Origin: a virus
Strand: one strand, 5' to 3'
Length of the DNA stretch: 64,000 nt
Virus record (IMG/VR): IMGVR_UViG_3300047445_000153
Location: 17,906-81,905 of that record
Below the pieces are notes generated by a model. That model saw only the letters and a program-made list of their open reading frames with translations. It had not been told where the DNA came from and searched no databases. Shown here piece after piece: positions 56,258 through 63,925 of this stretch; the stretch's first letter is position 1; every line of letters starts with the position of its first letter. Position numbers and translations under genes: made by a program.

Positions 56258-56558
56258 CATCTTCCTCGTCGTCATCTTCATCTGTGACGGGGACCATGCG
56301 CGTGCCAGCGAAGTGCTCGTCCAGCGTCTGCTGCACTTCCCGCGCTGCGTCGCGCCATGCCAGCGGGTGGATGAAGCCAAGATTGCTGAACTTCGCCTCG
56401 GCTTCCTCATCGGTGAGCGCGGCGACGGTGGTTGCGAACTTGCGCAGCGAGTCCATGACGAAGAGCTGAACGATCGGGCCGCTCTTGGCCCAGTTCATCA
56501 GGTGCTCGACCGTCTCAGCGTTGGTCGCGTGGCGCATCCGTTTCTGTTTCGTGTTCAT
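56247..56558 (-). CDS. Hypothetical protein
   Basis: Start follows repeated leader element. Confidence 0.6.
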   Translation of the reverse strand: MNTKQKRMRHATNAETVEHLMNWAKSGPIVQLFVMDSLRKFATTVAALTDEEAEAKFSNLGFIHPLAWRDAAREVQQTLDEHFAGTRMVPVTDEDDDEEDDER

Positions 56559-56566
56559 GATTCCAA

Positions 56567-56605
56567 TCCCTGTGGTGGAAGGGTGAAAGTGCGACGGTCG
56601 AACTT
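56567..56605. repeat. 39-bp leader repeat, copy 1
   Basis: TCCCTGTGGTGGAAGGGTGAAAGTGCGACGGTCGAACTT, identical to 56949-56987. Confidence 0.95.
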
Positions 56606-56939
56606 AGCTGTAGTACTTCACGGAGTCGATGATGCGCTCTTTGAAGGCGTCTTCGACATCGAGCTTTTCCACAAACGCTGTCAGCTGCGTTCGCGCGGCC
56701 TCGATCTTCGCCCTGCGCGCCGTTTCAGCTGCCCCGTTCTTGCAGTCGATCGTAGTCTCGATGCTGCTGAAGTTCGGGATGTAGCGGTCGCGTCGGCCGC
56801 AGGCGAAGTGGATATGCTCCCAGCGGCCACCGTGGGCGTGCTCGCGGATTTTACCGTTGCGGTCGGCTTCGACCCCGACAGTAACAGCGGGGGCACCGCA
56901 TTCGGGGCACGTCGTGTACTTGATGTACTGGAGTTGCAT
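56604..56939 (-). CDS. Hypothetical protein (CPEC motif) flanked by 39-bp direct repeats
   Basis: CPECGA..H.HG.RWE...F.CG. Confidence 0.6.
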   Translation of the reverse strand: MQLQYIKYTTCPECGAPAVTVGVEADRNGKIREHAHGGRWEHIHFACGRRDRYIPNFSSIETTIDCKNGAAETARRAKIEAARTQLTAFVEKLDVEDAFKERIIDSVKYYS

Positions 56940-56948
56940 GATTTCAAG

Positions 56949-56987
56949 TCCCTGTGGTGGAAGGGTGAAAGTGCGACGGTCGAACTT
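56949..56987. repeat. 39-bp leader repeat, copy 2
   Basis: Identical to 56567-56605. Confidence 0.95.
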
Positions 56988-57613
56988 TAGAACAGCTGGA
57001 TGTCAGCGCCGCACAGATTGTGAATCCGGCACTGTTCGATGGTCCACTGCTCGACCTCTTCCAGCGTCTCGATCGAGCGAATGCGCGTCTCACGGCAGTA
57101 GTCGCGAATGATGCCGTCAGCGTTGCGGATCTTGAAGACGACCTGCCAGTTGGCGTCCTTCTTCCATTCGGACTTCAGATCTTGGTCCGTGAAGCGGTAC
57201 GTGATCTCGGGCACCGTGAGGCCTTGCGGGAACTGGATCATGACGTTGCCCTGGTAGTGCTCGTCCATCCGCTCGCGGATCTCGTCCCAGTCCTCATCGT
57301 CCGGATGCTCCTCCTCGCCGCGATCGTAGAAGTGACCGGCCGGGAGGTTGTCGATCGTGTGGCAGTGGATGTAGATCGGTTCACCGGTCTCTTCCTGCCG
57401 GATCAGCGCGTCGACGTTCCCCTCCTCGTCGTCCTTCCACGGCGTCGTGTAGAGCGGGAACATCTCATACGACGGCGTCAGCTCACAAGCGTGGACCTGA
57501 CGCAGTGAGTCGAACAGATACGCCCGATAGATCGCATGTCCGGCCTTGCGAACGATGGCTGGGTTCCAGTAGCGCGTCTCGTTGCGCACGAAGATCTTGA
57601 AGTGGGTCTTCAT
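56987..57613 (-). CDS. Hypothetical protein
   Basis: GAGGA RBS before MKTHFK. Confidence 0.6.
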   Translation of the reverse strand: MKTHFKIFVRNETRYWNPAIVRKAGHAIYRAYLFDSLRQVHACELTPSYEMFPLYTTPWKDDEEGNVDALIRQEETGEPIYIHCHTIDNLPAGHFYDRGEEEHPDDEDWDEIRERMDEHYQGNVMIQFPQGLTVPEITYRFTDQDLKSEWKKDANWQVVFKIRNADGIIRDYCRETRIRSIETLEEVEQWTIEQCRIHNLCGADIQLF

Positions 57614-57693
57614 TACATCCTCACGAAGTAGGTGGCGCTGTTGAAGTGAACTTGGCTGTAGTCCTGCGTGAGCGCGCTGGCCGCTGGTGATGC

Positions 57694-58188
57694 TCATGAC
57701 CGTTCTCCGTTCGCTAGAGCCTTCGCCTTGTTGTAATGGGCGCGCTCGGGCGCGTCCTCTTCGTAGCAGTCTTCGAAGCGCGGCTTCAGCTCGTCGACCG
57801 CCCAGCGCAACTCACGCTCCAGTTGCCAGATGCGGTAGCGCAGCTGCTCCTTCTTAGCCTCTTCGCGTTCCAGCGTGTGCCGCATGAACTCCGCTTCTTT
57901 GATGTCCAGAAACTCGTCGGAGTACACACCACCACCGCGATGGCGGCTGACGCGGTATCGCGGGCACGATCCCTCGCGCTGCAACGTCTCGACGACGAAC
58001 GGGAGCGCGTTGTACGCTGGGGGCTTGAGCCCCCGCTTGAACCCCAGCTCGCGGTTGTGCAGCTTGACGATGTACTTCACGTCTTCGAAGTTCATCCCGC
58101 TCGCGATCCGCACGTCCGTCTCTTGCGTGTGGAGGCTGCTGTTGTCGCCGCGCTCGATCCACGACCACAGTTGGTCTTGGCGGCTCAT
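57694..58188 (-). CDS. Hypothetical protein
   Basis: GGAGG RBS; ATGA overlap. Confidence 0.6.
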   Translation of the reverse strand: MSRQDQLWSWIERGDNSSLHTQETDVRIASGMNFEDVKYIVKLHNRELGFKRGLKPPAYNALPFVVETLQREGSCPRYRVSRHRGGGVYSDEFLDIKEAEFMRHTLEREEAKKEQLRYRIWQLERELRWAVDELKPRFEDCYEEDAPERAHYNKAKALANGERS

Positions 58189-58682
58189 GAGACCTCCTTC
58201 ACCAACGCGTTGAACTTCTCGACGGCGAAGTTGGACACTTCGCTGATGTAGTTATCGCGGCGCTCGTCGTCCTCGGGCAGCGCTTCCCAGAACACGTCGA
58301 ACTCTTTCGCCCAGTCGACGACCAGCTCCATCAGGCCACGCGAGCCCTCGTGCTTGTCCATGATGGCTTGACACAGCTCGATGTCCAGCGGGCGCCAGAT
58401 GTGGCCGACTTCGAAGCCGATGTCGGCGATGATCTCCTGCTGACGCTTGAGCGCCTTCTCCCGGTCGAAAACGTCGCCGAGGGCGATGGTCGTCATGCAG
58501 AGTTCGCTGCACAACTCAGCGTGCTTGTTGACGGCCTGCGCGACGAAGTCGGCGTGCTCGCGCATCTGCGGCGTCTGGTCGAACTCGCAGATGACTTGAC
58601 CGGGGACTTCCTTCATCAGCAGGCCGACGCCTTCGTTGCTCGACTCTTGAATGACGACGGGGGTTTTGAATGGGGACTTCAT
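58185..58682 (-). CDS. Hypothetical protein
   Basis: ATGA overlap. Confidence 0.6.
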   Translation of the reverse strand: MKSPFKTPVVIQESSNEGVGLLMKEVPGQVICEFDQTPQMREHADFVAQAVNKHAELCSELCMTTIALGDVFDREKALKRQQEIIADIGFEVGHIWRPLDIELCQAIMDKHEGSRGLMELVVDWAKEFDVFWEALPEDDERRDNYISEVSNFAVEKFNALVKEVS

Positions 58683-59116
58683 GGCTTATATTCCTTCATC
58701 TTTTGTGCAAACCACGGTTGATAGGGTTCACCGACTTCGCTGAAGTTGTCGAACACACAGCCGAAGTCTTCGGTGTCGTAGTGAAAGCGCAGCGTTGCAG
58801 GGAACGCCCACTGGTACGTGAGCACGTACGAGACGCCATCGATCACTTCGTCAGCGATGAGCTTGTAGCGCTTTCCCTTCTTCTTGTAGAACCGGTTCAC
58901 TTCCCCGAGATGGGTGTCGTGCAGCTCCCAATCCTTGTTGACGTTCTCGTCCTTGAGCCACACCCAGGCCTGGACGAAGCAGCCGTCATCACCACGCGAG
59001 ACCAGCGCGTTGTCGTCGATCTCGATGTTGTCATCGGAACCGAACGCGTACAGCTCACGAGCGCGCTGGATCTCTTCGGGTGTGGCCTGTTCGGTGTATA
59101 TGGTTTCGTGGCTCAT
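58679..59116 (-). CDS. Hypothetical protein
   Basis: IEIDDNALVSRGDDGCFVQAWVW phage-type module. Confidence 0.6.
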   Translation of the reverse strand: MSHETIYTEQATPEEIQRARELYAFGSDDNIEIDDNALVSRGDDGCFVQAWVWLKDENVNKDWELHDTHLGEVNRFYKKKGKRYKLIADEVIDGVSYVLTYQWAFPATLRFHYDTEDFGCVFDNFSEVGEPYQPWFAQKMKEYKP

Positions 59117-59121
59117 GACAG

Positions 59122-59367
59122 TCATTCCAACCAGTTGATGCGGCACCAGAGGATGTAGGAGGTGGTGAAGAACTCCAGTCGATCGGTCTCCTCATCGTTT
59201 TCCCAGATGACGATCGCGATACCGCCGTCCTGCTCGACATCTTCGGCCTTGCTCGCTACCGCGCCAATGACCTTGCGGCCATAGCGCATGGTCAGCTCGA
59301 TCAGGTACGCTCGATCGGAGTTTTCATGCTGATTGGCGTGTCGGAGTGCTGCGAGGACTGCACTCAT
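59122..59367 (-). CDS. Hypothetical protein
   Basis: GGAGG RBS. Confidence 0.5.
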   Translation of the reverse strand: MSAVLAALRHANQHENSDRAYLIELTMRYGRKVIGAVASKAEDVEQDGGIAIVIWENDEETDRLEFFTTSYILWCRINWLE

Positions 59368-59609
59368 GCGGCCTCCGCAATAAGTGCGACGTCGCACTTC
59401 TTGACGGCTTGGTCGCTGTGCCACACGGCTTCGGTGCGCGCCCCGCCCATGAAGCCGGGTGCATACGACTGGCGCTCGATGTAGCCGGTTGCGCCTTCGT
59501 TGACCATCTGGGTCGCCCACTTGATGGCGTTGACTTGGGAGGCGAACTCACGGACTCGATAGTCACCCTTCTTGGTCGTGAGGCGGGCACGATAGATCGG
59601 TTTGCTCAT
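59364..59609 (-). CDS. Hypothetical protein
   Basis: ATGA overlap; 3' end carries palindromic operator. Confidence 0.55.
   Translation of the reverse strand: MSKPIYRARLTTKKGDYRVREFASQVNAIKWATQMVNEGATGYIERQSYAPGFMGGARTEAVWHSDQAVKKCDVALIAEAA
59382..59399. promoter_or_regulatory. Palindromic operator-like site AAGTGCGAC-GTCGCACTT
   Basis: Perfect 18-bp palindrome; relatives at 56587, 56969, 62224, 62915. Confidence 0.6.
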
Positions 59610-59635
59610 GGTTGGTTCTCTGGTGGTGGTGAGGT

Positions 59636-59857
59636 TTAAGGACGGTTTAGCTCTTTCCATGCTGCGCTCTGCGCTTGGCGGCTCGACATACCTTGAGCCT
59701 GAAACTTCGCCTTCAGGTGGCGCAGATCCCGACGTGCCGCAACTTCCGGGATCGTGTAGAGATAGTGCTCCAGATCACGAATGCGGAGCAGCGCTTGATT
59801 GAGATGCGCTTCGAGCTTGGCGATGCGATCAAGCGGATCAAGATGCTCGTTGCTCAT
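59636..59857 (-). CDS. Hypothetical protein
   Basis: Helical 73 aa. Confidence 0.55.
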   Translation of the reverse strand: MSNEHLDPLDRIAKLEAHLNQALLRIRDLEHYLYTIPEVAARRDLRHLKAKFQAQGMSSRQAQSAAWKELNRP

Positions 59858-59862
59858 GGCTG

Positions 59863-60198
59863 TTATCCCGCCTGTGCGTTGTCGATCGATTCGAGCGCTT
59901 CGTCCAGGTCGATGTCGCTGAAGTCGATGTCTCCGATCGCAGACAGGGCTTCGAGCGCGGTGTCCATCGCGCTGACAGCTTCTTCAGCCGTCGTGCCCTT
60001 CTCCCCGTTCTGGAACGACTCGGGCATGTTGTCGTAATACTCCTGCTCTTCGTCGCGCAGTGACTCCAGTTCACCGTGGAGTTCATCGGCCTCTGCCTTC
60101 AGGCCGTCGAGTTGTTCGGTCCATTCAGCCCAGCGAGTCTGGAACGCGCTGACACGTTCGTGGAGCGCACTCAGCTGCTTGCGTCGATCGTTGTTCAT
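59863..60198 (-). CDS. Very acidic helical phage protein
   Basis: MN..RRK.L..DEEQEYYDNMPESFQ.GEKG..AEEA. Confidence 0.7.
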   Translation of the reverse strand: MNNDRRKQLSALHERVSAFQTRWAEWTEQLDGLKAEADELHGELESLRDEEQEYYDNMPESFQNGEKGTTAEEAVSAMDTALEALSAIGDIDFSDIDLDEALESIDNAQAG

Positions 60199-60317
60199 CG
60201 GTCAGCCCTCGTGAAGTAGGCCCACGACTGGCCGATCTCCTTGCGGACCAGTCGTGGGTTGGAGAAGCCACCGAGGCGGTAGAACTCGGCCTTGGTGATG
60301 CGGGTGTAGCCGATCAC
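60195..60317 (-). CDS. 40-aa hypothetical protein (not in ORF track)
   Basis: MIGYTRITKAEFYRLGGFSNPRLVRKEIGQSWAYFTRADR; overlaps both neighbours by 4 nt. Confidence 0.5.
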   Translation of the reverse strand: MIGYTRITKAEFYRLGGFSNPRLVRKEIGQSWAYFTRADR

Positions 60318-60664
60318 AGTGAAGCCTCGATCTCATCGGCCAGCTCGGTGGCGGGCTTGACCAGCTCGTTGGTGACCGGGTTGTCGCTGTGGTCGCAGAT
60401 CACGTCGTAGCCGTCGTTGCCATAGACGAGATAGACGACGCCCATGCAGCGGCGCTTGCCCTCGACCTTCTCGGCCGAATAGAAGGACAAGCTTTCCTCA
60501 TCGGTCGCGAACATCTCCTTCATGATCGCGTCCTTGTTCGAGCAGAAGCGAATCGCCCACTCCTCGCCGTCGAAGACGCTGACGAGGTAGCCCGCAGCGA
60601 GCGCGGTGTCGATGAGCTGAGCGATGATGCGGCGCTCGATGGCTTGACGTTCTTGAACGTTCAT
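60314..60664 (-). CDS. Hypothetical phage protein
   Basis: GY.VSVFDGEEW..LVYGNDGYDVICDHS. Confidence 0.65.
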   Translation of the reverse strand: MNVQERQAIERRIIAQLIDTALAAGYLVSVFDGEEWAIRFCSNKDAIMKEMFATDEESLSFYSAEKVEGKRRCMGVVYLVYGNDGYDVICDHSDNPVTNELVKPATELADEIEASL

Positions 60665-60972
60665 TTCAGATCTCCAGTTTTGACCTCGTTGTCCATCTGT
60701 TGCGCGAGACGCACGGCGCGAAGGTGGTCGTTGATGTGCTCGTAGTATGTATCGGCGATACGCTGGCCGAAGTCATCCCCGAACGGCATCGTGACCATGA
60801 ATGTGTACAGCTCTGCTCCCTCGGGGGCGTTGAGCTGTTCACGCGTGATCGTGTTAGCAGATGCATAATCGAAGACGTATTGGAAGTCGCCCCCCTCCTC
60901 GTCGATCCATGCCACGACAAACACGGTCTGAGTGTCGGAGCTGGTCAAGTCCAGCTCGTGGAGTTCAATCAT
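60661..60972 (-). CDS. Hypothetical protein
   Basis: Ends VKTGDLK; ATGA overlap. Confidence 0.6.
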   Translation of the reverse strand: MIELHELDLTSSDTQTVFVVAWIDEEGGDFQYVFDYASANTITREQLNAPEGAELYTFMVTMPFGDDFGQRIADTYYEHINDHLRAVRLAQQMDNEVKTGDLK

Positions 60973-61211
60973 TTCAGATCTCCGGTCTTGACAGCCAGGA
61001 CCAGCTCGCAGTCCTTAGCATATCCGTGGGGGAACGTGTACACAGCGAGATGCGTGTACCGCTTCGTGAGCCACTGCTCGTTGTGTGCGCGCTGCATGAA
61101 CTTCAGCGCGTTGTGCGGGCTCACGTACACGCCGATGCCAAGGATGTCGTTCATGCCGACAGGCTTGACCTTGGGCGGCTTACCGCTGCAACCTTCGAGG
61201 ATGTAGCGCAT
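60969..61211 (-). CDS. Hypothetical protein
   Basis: Ends VKTGDLK; GAGGAG RBS. Confidence 0.55.
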   Translation of the reverse strand: MRYILEGCSGKPPKVKPVGMNDILGIGVYVSPHNALKFMQRAHNEQWLTKRYTHLAVYTFPHGYAKDCELVLAVKTGDLK

Positions 61212-61212
61212 G

Positions 61213-61599
61213 TCACCAGATCTCCTCAAGTTGGTTGCGGTAAATCTCAACGATAGCGGCGTGGTTCTTCACGTCGCCGTGCTTGTACATGTAGCGCAGC
61301 AGCGCCTTGACCATGACGCCCTGATGCAGCAGCGAGCTGTAATAGTCGGGGCCGTCATCGCTCCAGCGGGCGCCCGTGCAGACGTCCGTGAAGTCGGGGT
61401 TGCCGAAGTCGGGGCGCAGCACGTAGCACTCGACTTCCTCCCCACCGAAGTATGAGTCTCGATCCGACGGGCCGACGATCAGGCGGTCGGCCAGGATGAA
61501 GCGCTCCATGATCTCGGTCGGTACCTTGATCATGCGGTCGGTGTTGTGGTGCGGCGTGAACTTCCACTCGCGGCCGAACTTGTCGATGTGCTTAGTCAT
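61213..61599 (-). CDS. Hypothetical protein
   Basis: GGAG RBS before MTKHID. Confidence 0.55.
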   Translation of the reverse strand: MTKHIDKFGREWKFTPHHNTDRMIKVPTEIMERFILADRLIVGPSDRDSYFGGEEVECYVLRPDFGNPDFTDVCTGARWSDDGPDYYSSLLHQGVMVKALLRYMYKHGDVKNHAAIVEIYRNQLEEIW

Positions 61600-61876
61600 C
61601 GCTGTCTCCGTACGCAGACTCGATCTTGTTGTTGGTGTGGGAGCAGTACAGCTCGGTGTCTTCCCAGTTGATGTCGAGCGCGACGACGTGCCAGCCGCTC
61701 TTATCGTTCGCGATGATCGCGTCACGGATGAGGCCAGCGTTCTCGACAGCTGCATCCCACGACAGAGCTTCGCCGTCGTGGCAGATGAAGTAGCAGGGAT
61801 AGCCACCGGGCCATGCGTACTTGCGGGACGGATCATTGATGATCGCGTTGAATTCCCAGAGGGTGTTGATGTACAC
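61592..61876 (-). CDS. Hypothetical phage protein
   Basis: YAWPGGYP.YF...DGEAL..INWED..LYC. Confidence 0.65.
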   Translation of the reverse strand: MYINTLWEFNAIINDPSRKYAWPGGYPCYFICHDGEALSWDAAVENAGLIRDAIIANDKSGWHVVALDINWEDTELYCSHTNNKIESAYGDSDD

Positions 61877-61931
61877 GATGCAGTCCTTTGGCCCGCCGAA
61901 GCGGGCAAATGGGTAACAGGTTGTGGTTGGT

Positions 61932-62204
61932 TCAGTAGTGCGCGTAGACGACCTTGCCTTCGTGCTGCACGTCGATGCTGATGTTGCCGTCGTAGTCGCG
62001 GCGAAGGGTCCAGATGCTCGCGCCGGTCTCGCGCTCGAAGTCGCGCAGCATAGCTTCCATCTTCAAGGCCGTGAGCTTGCTGAGCGTCTTCAGCTCGCGC
62101 TCGTGGTACGGAAGCTTTTCGGGCTTGATGACGACTTCAGCAGGCAGAGCTGCCAGCTCGGTGGATTCGAGGGCTTCGGTTTCGGTGGTGTTGAGCATGT
62201 TCAT
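61932..62204 (-). CDS. Hypothetical protein
   Basis: AAGGA RBS. Confidence 0.55.
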   Translation of the reverse strand: MNMLNTTETEALESTELAALPAEVVIKPEKLPYHERELKTLSKLTALKMEAMLRDFERETGASIWTLRRDYDGNISIDVQHEGKVVYAHY

Positions 62205-62223
62205 GGCGTTTCGATCCTTTCAA

Positions 62224-62242
62224 AAGTGCGACAGTCGCACGT
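62224..62242. promoter_or_regulatory. Palindromic operator-like site
   Basis: AAGTGCGAC-A-GTCGCACGT. Confidence 0.6.
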
Positions 62243-62266
62243 TGTGGTGGTGTACTGCGGTGACGC

Positions 62267-62605
62267 TTACTTGCGCAGCTTCGCTGCCTTACGAGCGCGC
62301 TTCGCCTCAGCTGCTGCGATGCGCTCGATGTCTTGTTGCGAGGGCGCCTTGTTGACCAGCTCCCGCGCACCAAACGTCTGCACGGGGTGGTTGTGCTCGC
62401 GAGCCGGGAGCGTGGCCCTCGCTCCCATCAACGCAGCGGTGCGCAGACCACGCGGCACCACGTCGTATTGAGGCCGGACGATCACGACCTCGACGATGCG
62501 GCCATAGGTGGTGGCATCCTCTGACTTGACGCCGTCAACCTCGATGTCGGTCACAGTGCCGAGACGGTCGCCATAGACATCGAACAGTTCGCCGGTGACC
62601 TTCAT
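62267..62605 (-). CDS. Hypothetical protein
   Basis: RIAAAEAKRARK basic tail; ATGA overlap. Confidence 0.6.
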   Translation of the reverse strand: MKVTGELFDVYGDRLGTVTDIEVDGVKSEDATTYGRIVEVVIVRPQYDVVPRGLRTAALMGARATLPAREHNHPVQTFGARELVNKAPSQQDIERIAAAEAKRARKAAKLRK

Positions 62606-62889
62606 AGTTCCGCCTGTTCGAAGGGCTCGCCGAACAGTTCAGCCTCGGTGAGCTTGTACGTGTATTGGGGACGGCCGTGGTAGTACTGCGTGGCGATCAC
62701 CAGACCACATTGCTTGGCCAGCCGGTCGATGATCTCCTCCGCGTCGTGCCGACCGTGGTAGTCCATGTGCAGATAGATCTGCTCTTCGAGCGCGGCATGG
62801 AATGCTGCCTCGACGTAGGGTGCCCGTTGTATCGCGTCGATCATTGCGCTTTGGAACGTCGCGAACGGGCCGTATGTGGTGGTGGTCAC
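62602..62889 (-). CDS. Hypothetical protein
   Basis: GTG start after AGGATCGAAGCC. Confidence 0.55.
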   Translation of the reverse strand: MTTTTYGPFATFQSAMIDAIQRAPYVEAAFHAALEEQIYLHMDYHGRHDAEEIIDRLAKQCGLVIATQYYHGRPQYTYKLTEAELFGEPFEQAEL

Positions 62890-62899
62890 GGCTTCGATC

Positions 62900-63283
62900 C
62901 TAGTTGGTTGTGGGAAGTGCGACGGTCGCACTTTGCTTTTTCTTGCGTGCTGCAATTGCCTTCGCCTCAACCTCACCAAGCGGCGTGAGGGTGTAGACGT
63001 AGTACCACGTGGGTTCACCCTCACGGCGCAGCGTGGTGTTCATCTGCGAGCGCAGCACTTGCCCGCGTTCTGCGAGTTCGTTCAGGTCCTCGTAGATCGC
63101 GAAGCAGCGTGCGCCGTGCCTTGTCTTAACCATCCCGGTCAGGGTCGCGACCATGTAGGCTTCGACAAGCTTTGTGTTGCGTGTGCTTGCAAACGGGCCG
63201 AAGTGGCCCGAGTTGATCGCGATGAGCAACCACTCAAGCCGCTCGCGAAGCGGTAGCTTGGTGCGTCCGTGAAGGGCGTTCAT
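62900..63283 (-). CDS. Hypothetical protein
   Basis: AGGAG RBS. Confidence 0.55.
   Translation of the reverse strand: MNALHGRTKLPLRERLEWLLIAINSGHFGPFASTRNTKLVEAYMVATLTGMVKTRHGARCFAIYEDLNELAERGQVLRSQMNTTLRREGEPTWYYVYTLTPLGEVEAKAIAARKKKQSATVALPTTN
62915..62933. promoter_or_regulatory. Palindromic operator-like site
   Basis: AAGTGCGAC-G-GTCGCACTT. Confidence 0.6.
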
Positions 63284-63375
63284 TTCTTCTTGTCTCCTTT
63301 GAGGAACTTGCAGAGGTTTACGATCTCCTGCCAGCAGCGGTTGAGGCCCAAAACGAAGGTGAACGCGATCATGGG

Positions 63376-63747
63376 CTAGGGCGTGTCTTCCTTCGCCCGG
63401 TCAAGGATCAGCTGTGCCAGCTCAACCGTGCTCAGCCCGTGATCGTCGAGCGACACGTAGGGTATGAGCTTGATCAAGAGCGCTGAGGGTTTCACGATGG
63501 GCTCGGGCTCGGGGATGAGGGGCGGGAGCGTCGCAGCATCCACGATGTCGTACTCGATGTCGAAGCCGTCGACTGAGCCGGTGATCGTGGGGTCCGGGTC
63601 ACAGAGGCTTGAGCCCTCGTCGGTGTCGAGGTAGCGCTGGACCCACTCGTCGTAGTCCTCGGGTGCGATGTCATCCGGGACCGTGATCATCAGGGTCTCT
63701 TGCTCCCACACCGCTTGCGTGCGGTGTACAGTCAGAAGCTTAGGCAT
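63376..63747 (-). CDS. Hypothetical protein
   Basis: Acidic 123 aa; overlaps upstream gene. Confidence 0.55.
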   Translation of the reverse strand: MPKLLTVHRTQAVWEQETLMITVPDDIAPEDYDEWVQRYLDTDEGSSLCDPDPTITGSVDGFDIEYDIVDAATLPPLIPEPEPIVKPSALLIKLIPYVSLDDHGLSTVELAQLILDRAKEDTP

Positions 63748-63925
63748 GGTCAGCCACCTGCACGGCCTTGATGTAATTCAGCGCGGTATCGCAGCCGTCG
63801 CAGTGACCGTTGTCGTAGCTACACGTGATTTCCCAGTCCTGCATCTCGACGGACCAGCGCGTGGTCGCGTCCCTGCTCACGTCATCGCTGCCACAGTACG
63901 GGCAGACCATCTTGATCTTAGGCAT
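63740..63925 (-). CDS. Small zinc-finger hypothetical protein
   Basis: CPYCGS..DA...W....Q.W...CDGC. Confidence 0.6.
   Translation of the reverse strand: MPKIKMVCPYCGSDDVSRDATTRWSVEMQDWEITCSYDNGHCDGCDTALNYIKAVQVADHA

Noticed and set aside
61887-61909. CCCGC-CGAA-GCGGG hairpin as a terminator
   Set aside because: No T run on the transcribed minus strand; function unclear
31381-62250. TGGTGG runs as Chi-like recombination sites polarised around the origin
   Set aside because: Polarity is confounded with transcription direction; concentration in leaders and hairpin loops favours a cis-regulatory role, though a Chi-like role is not excluded
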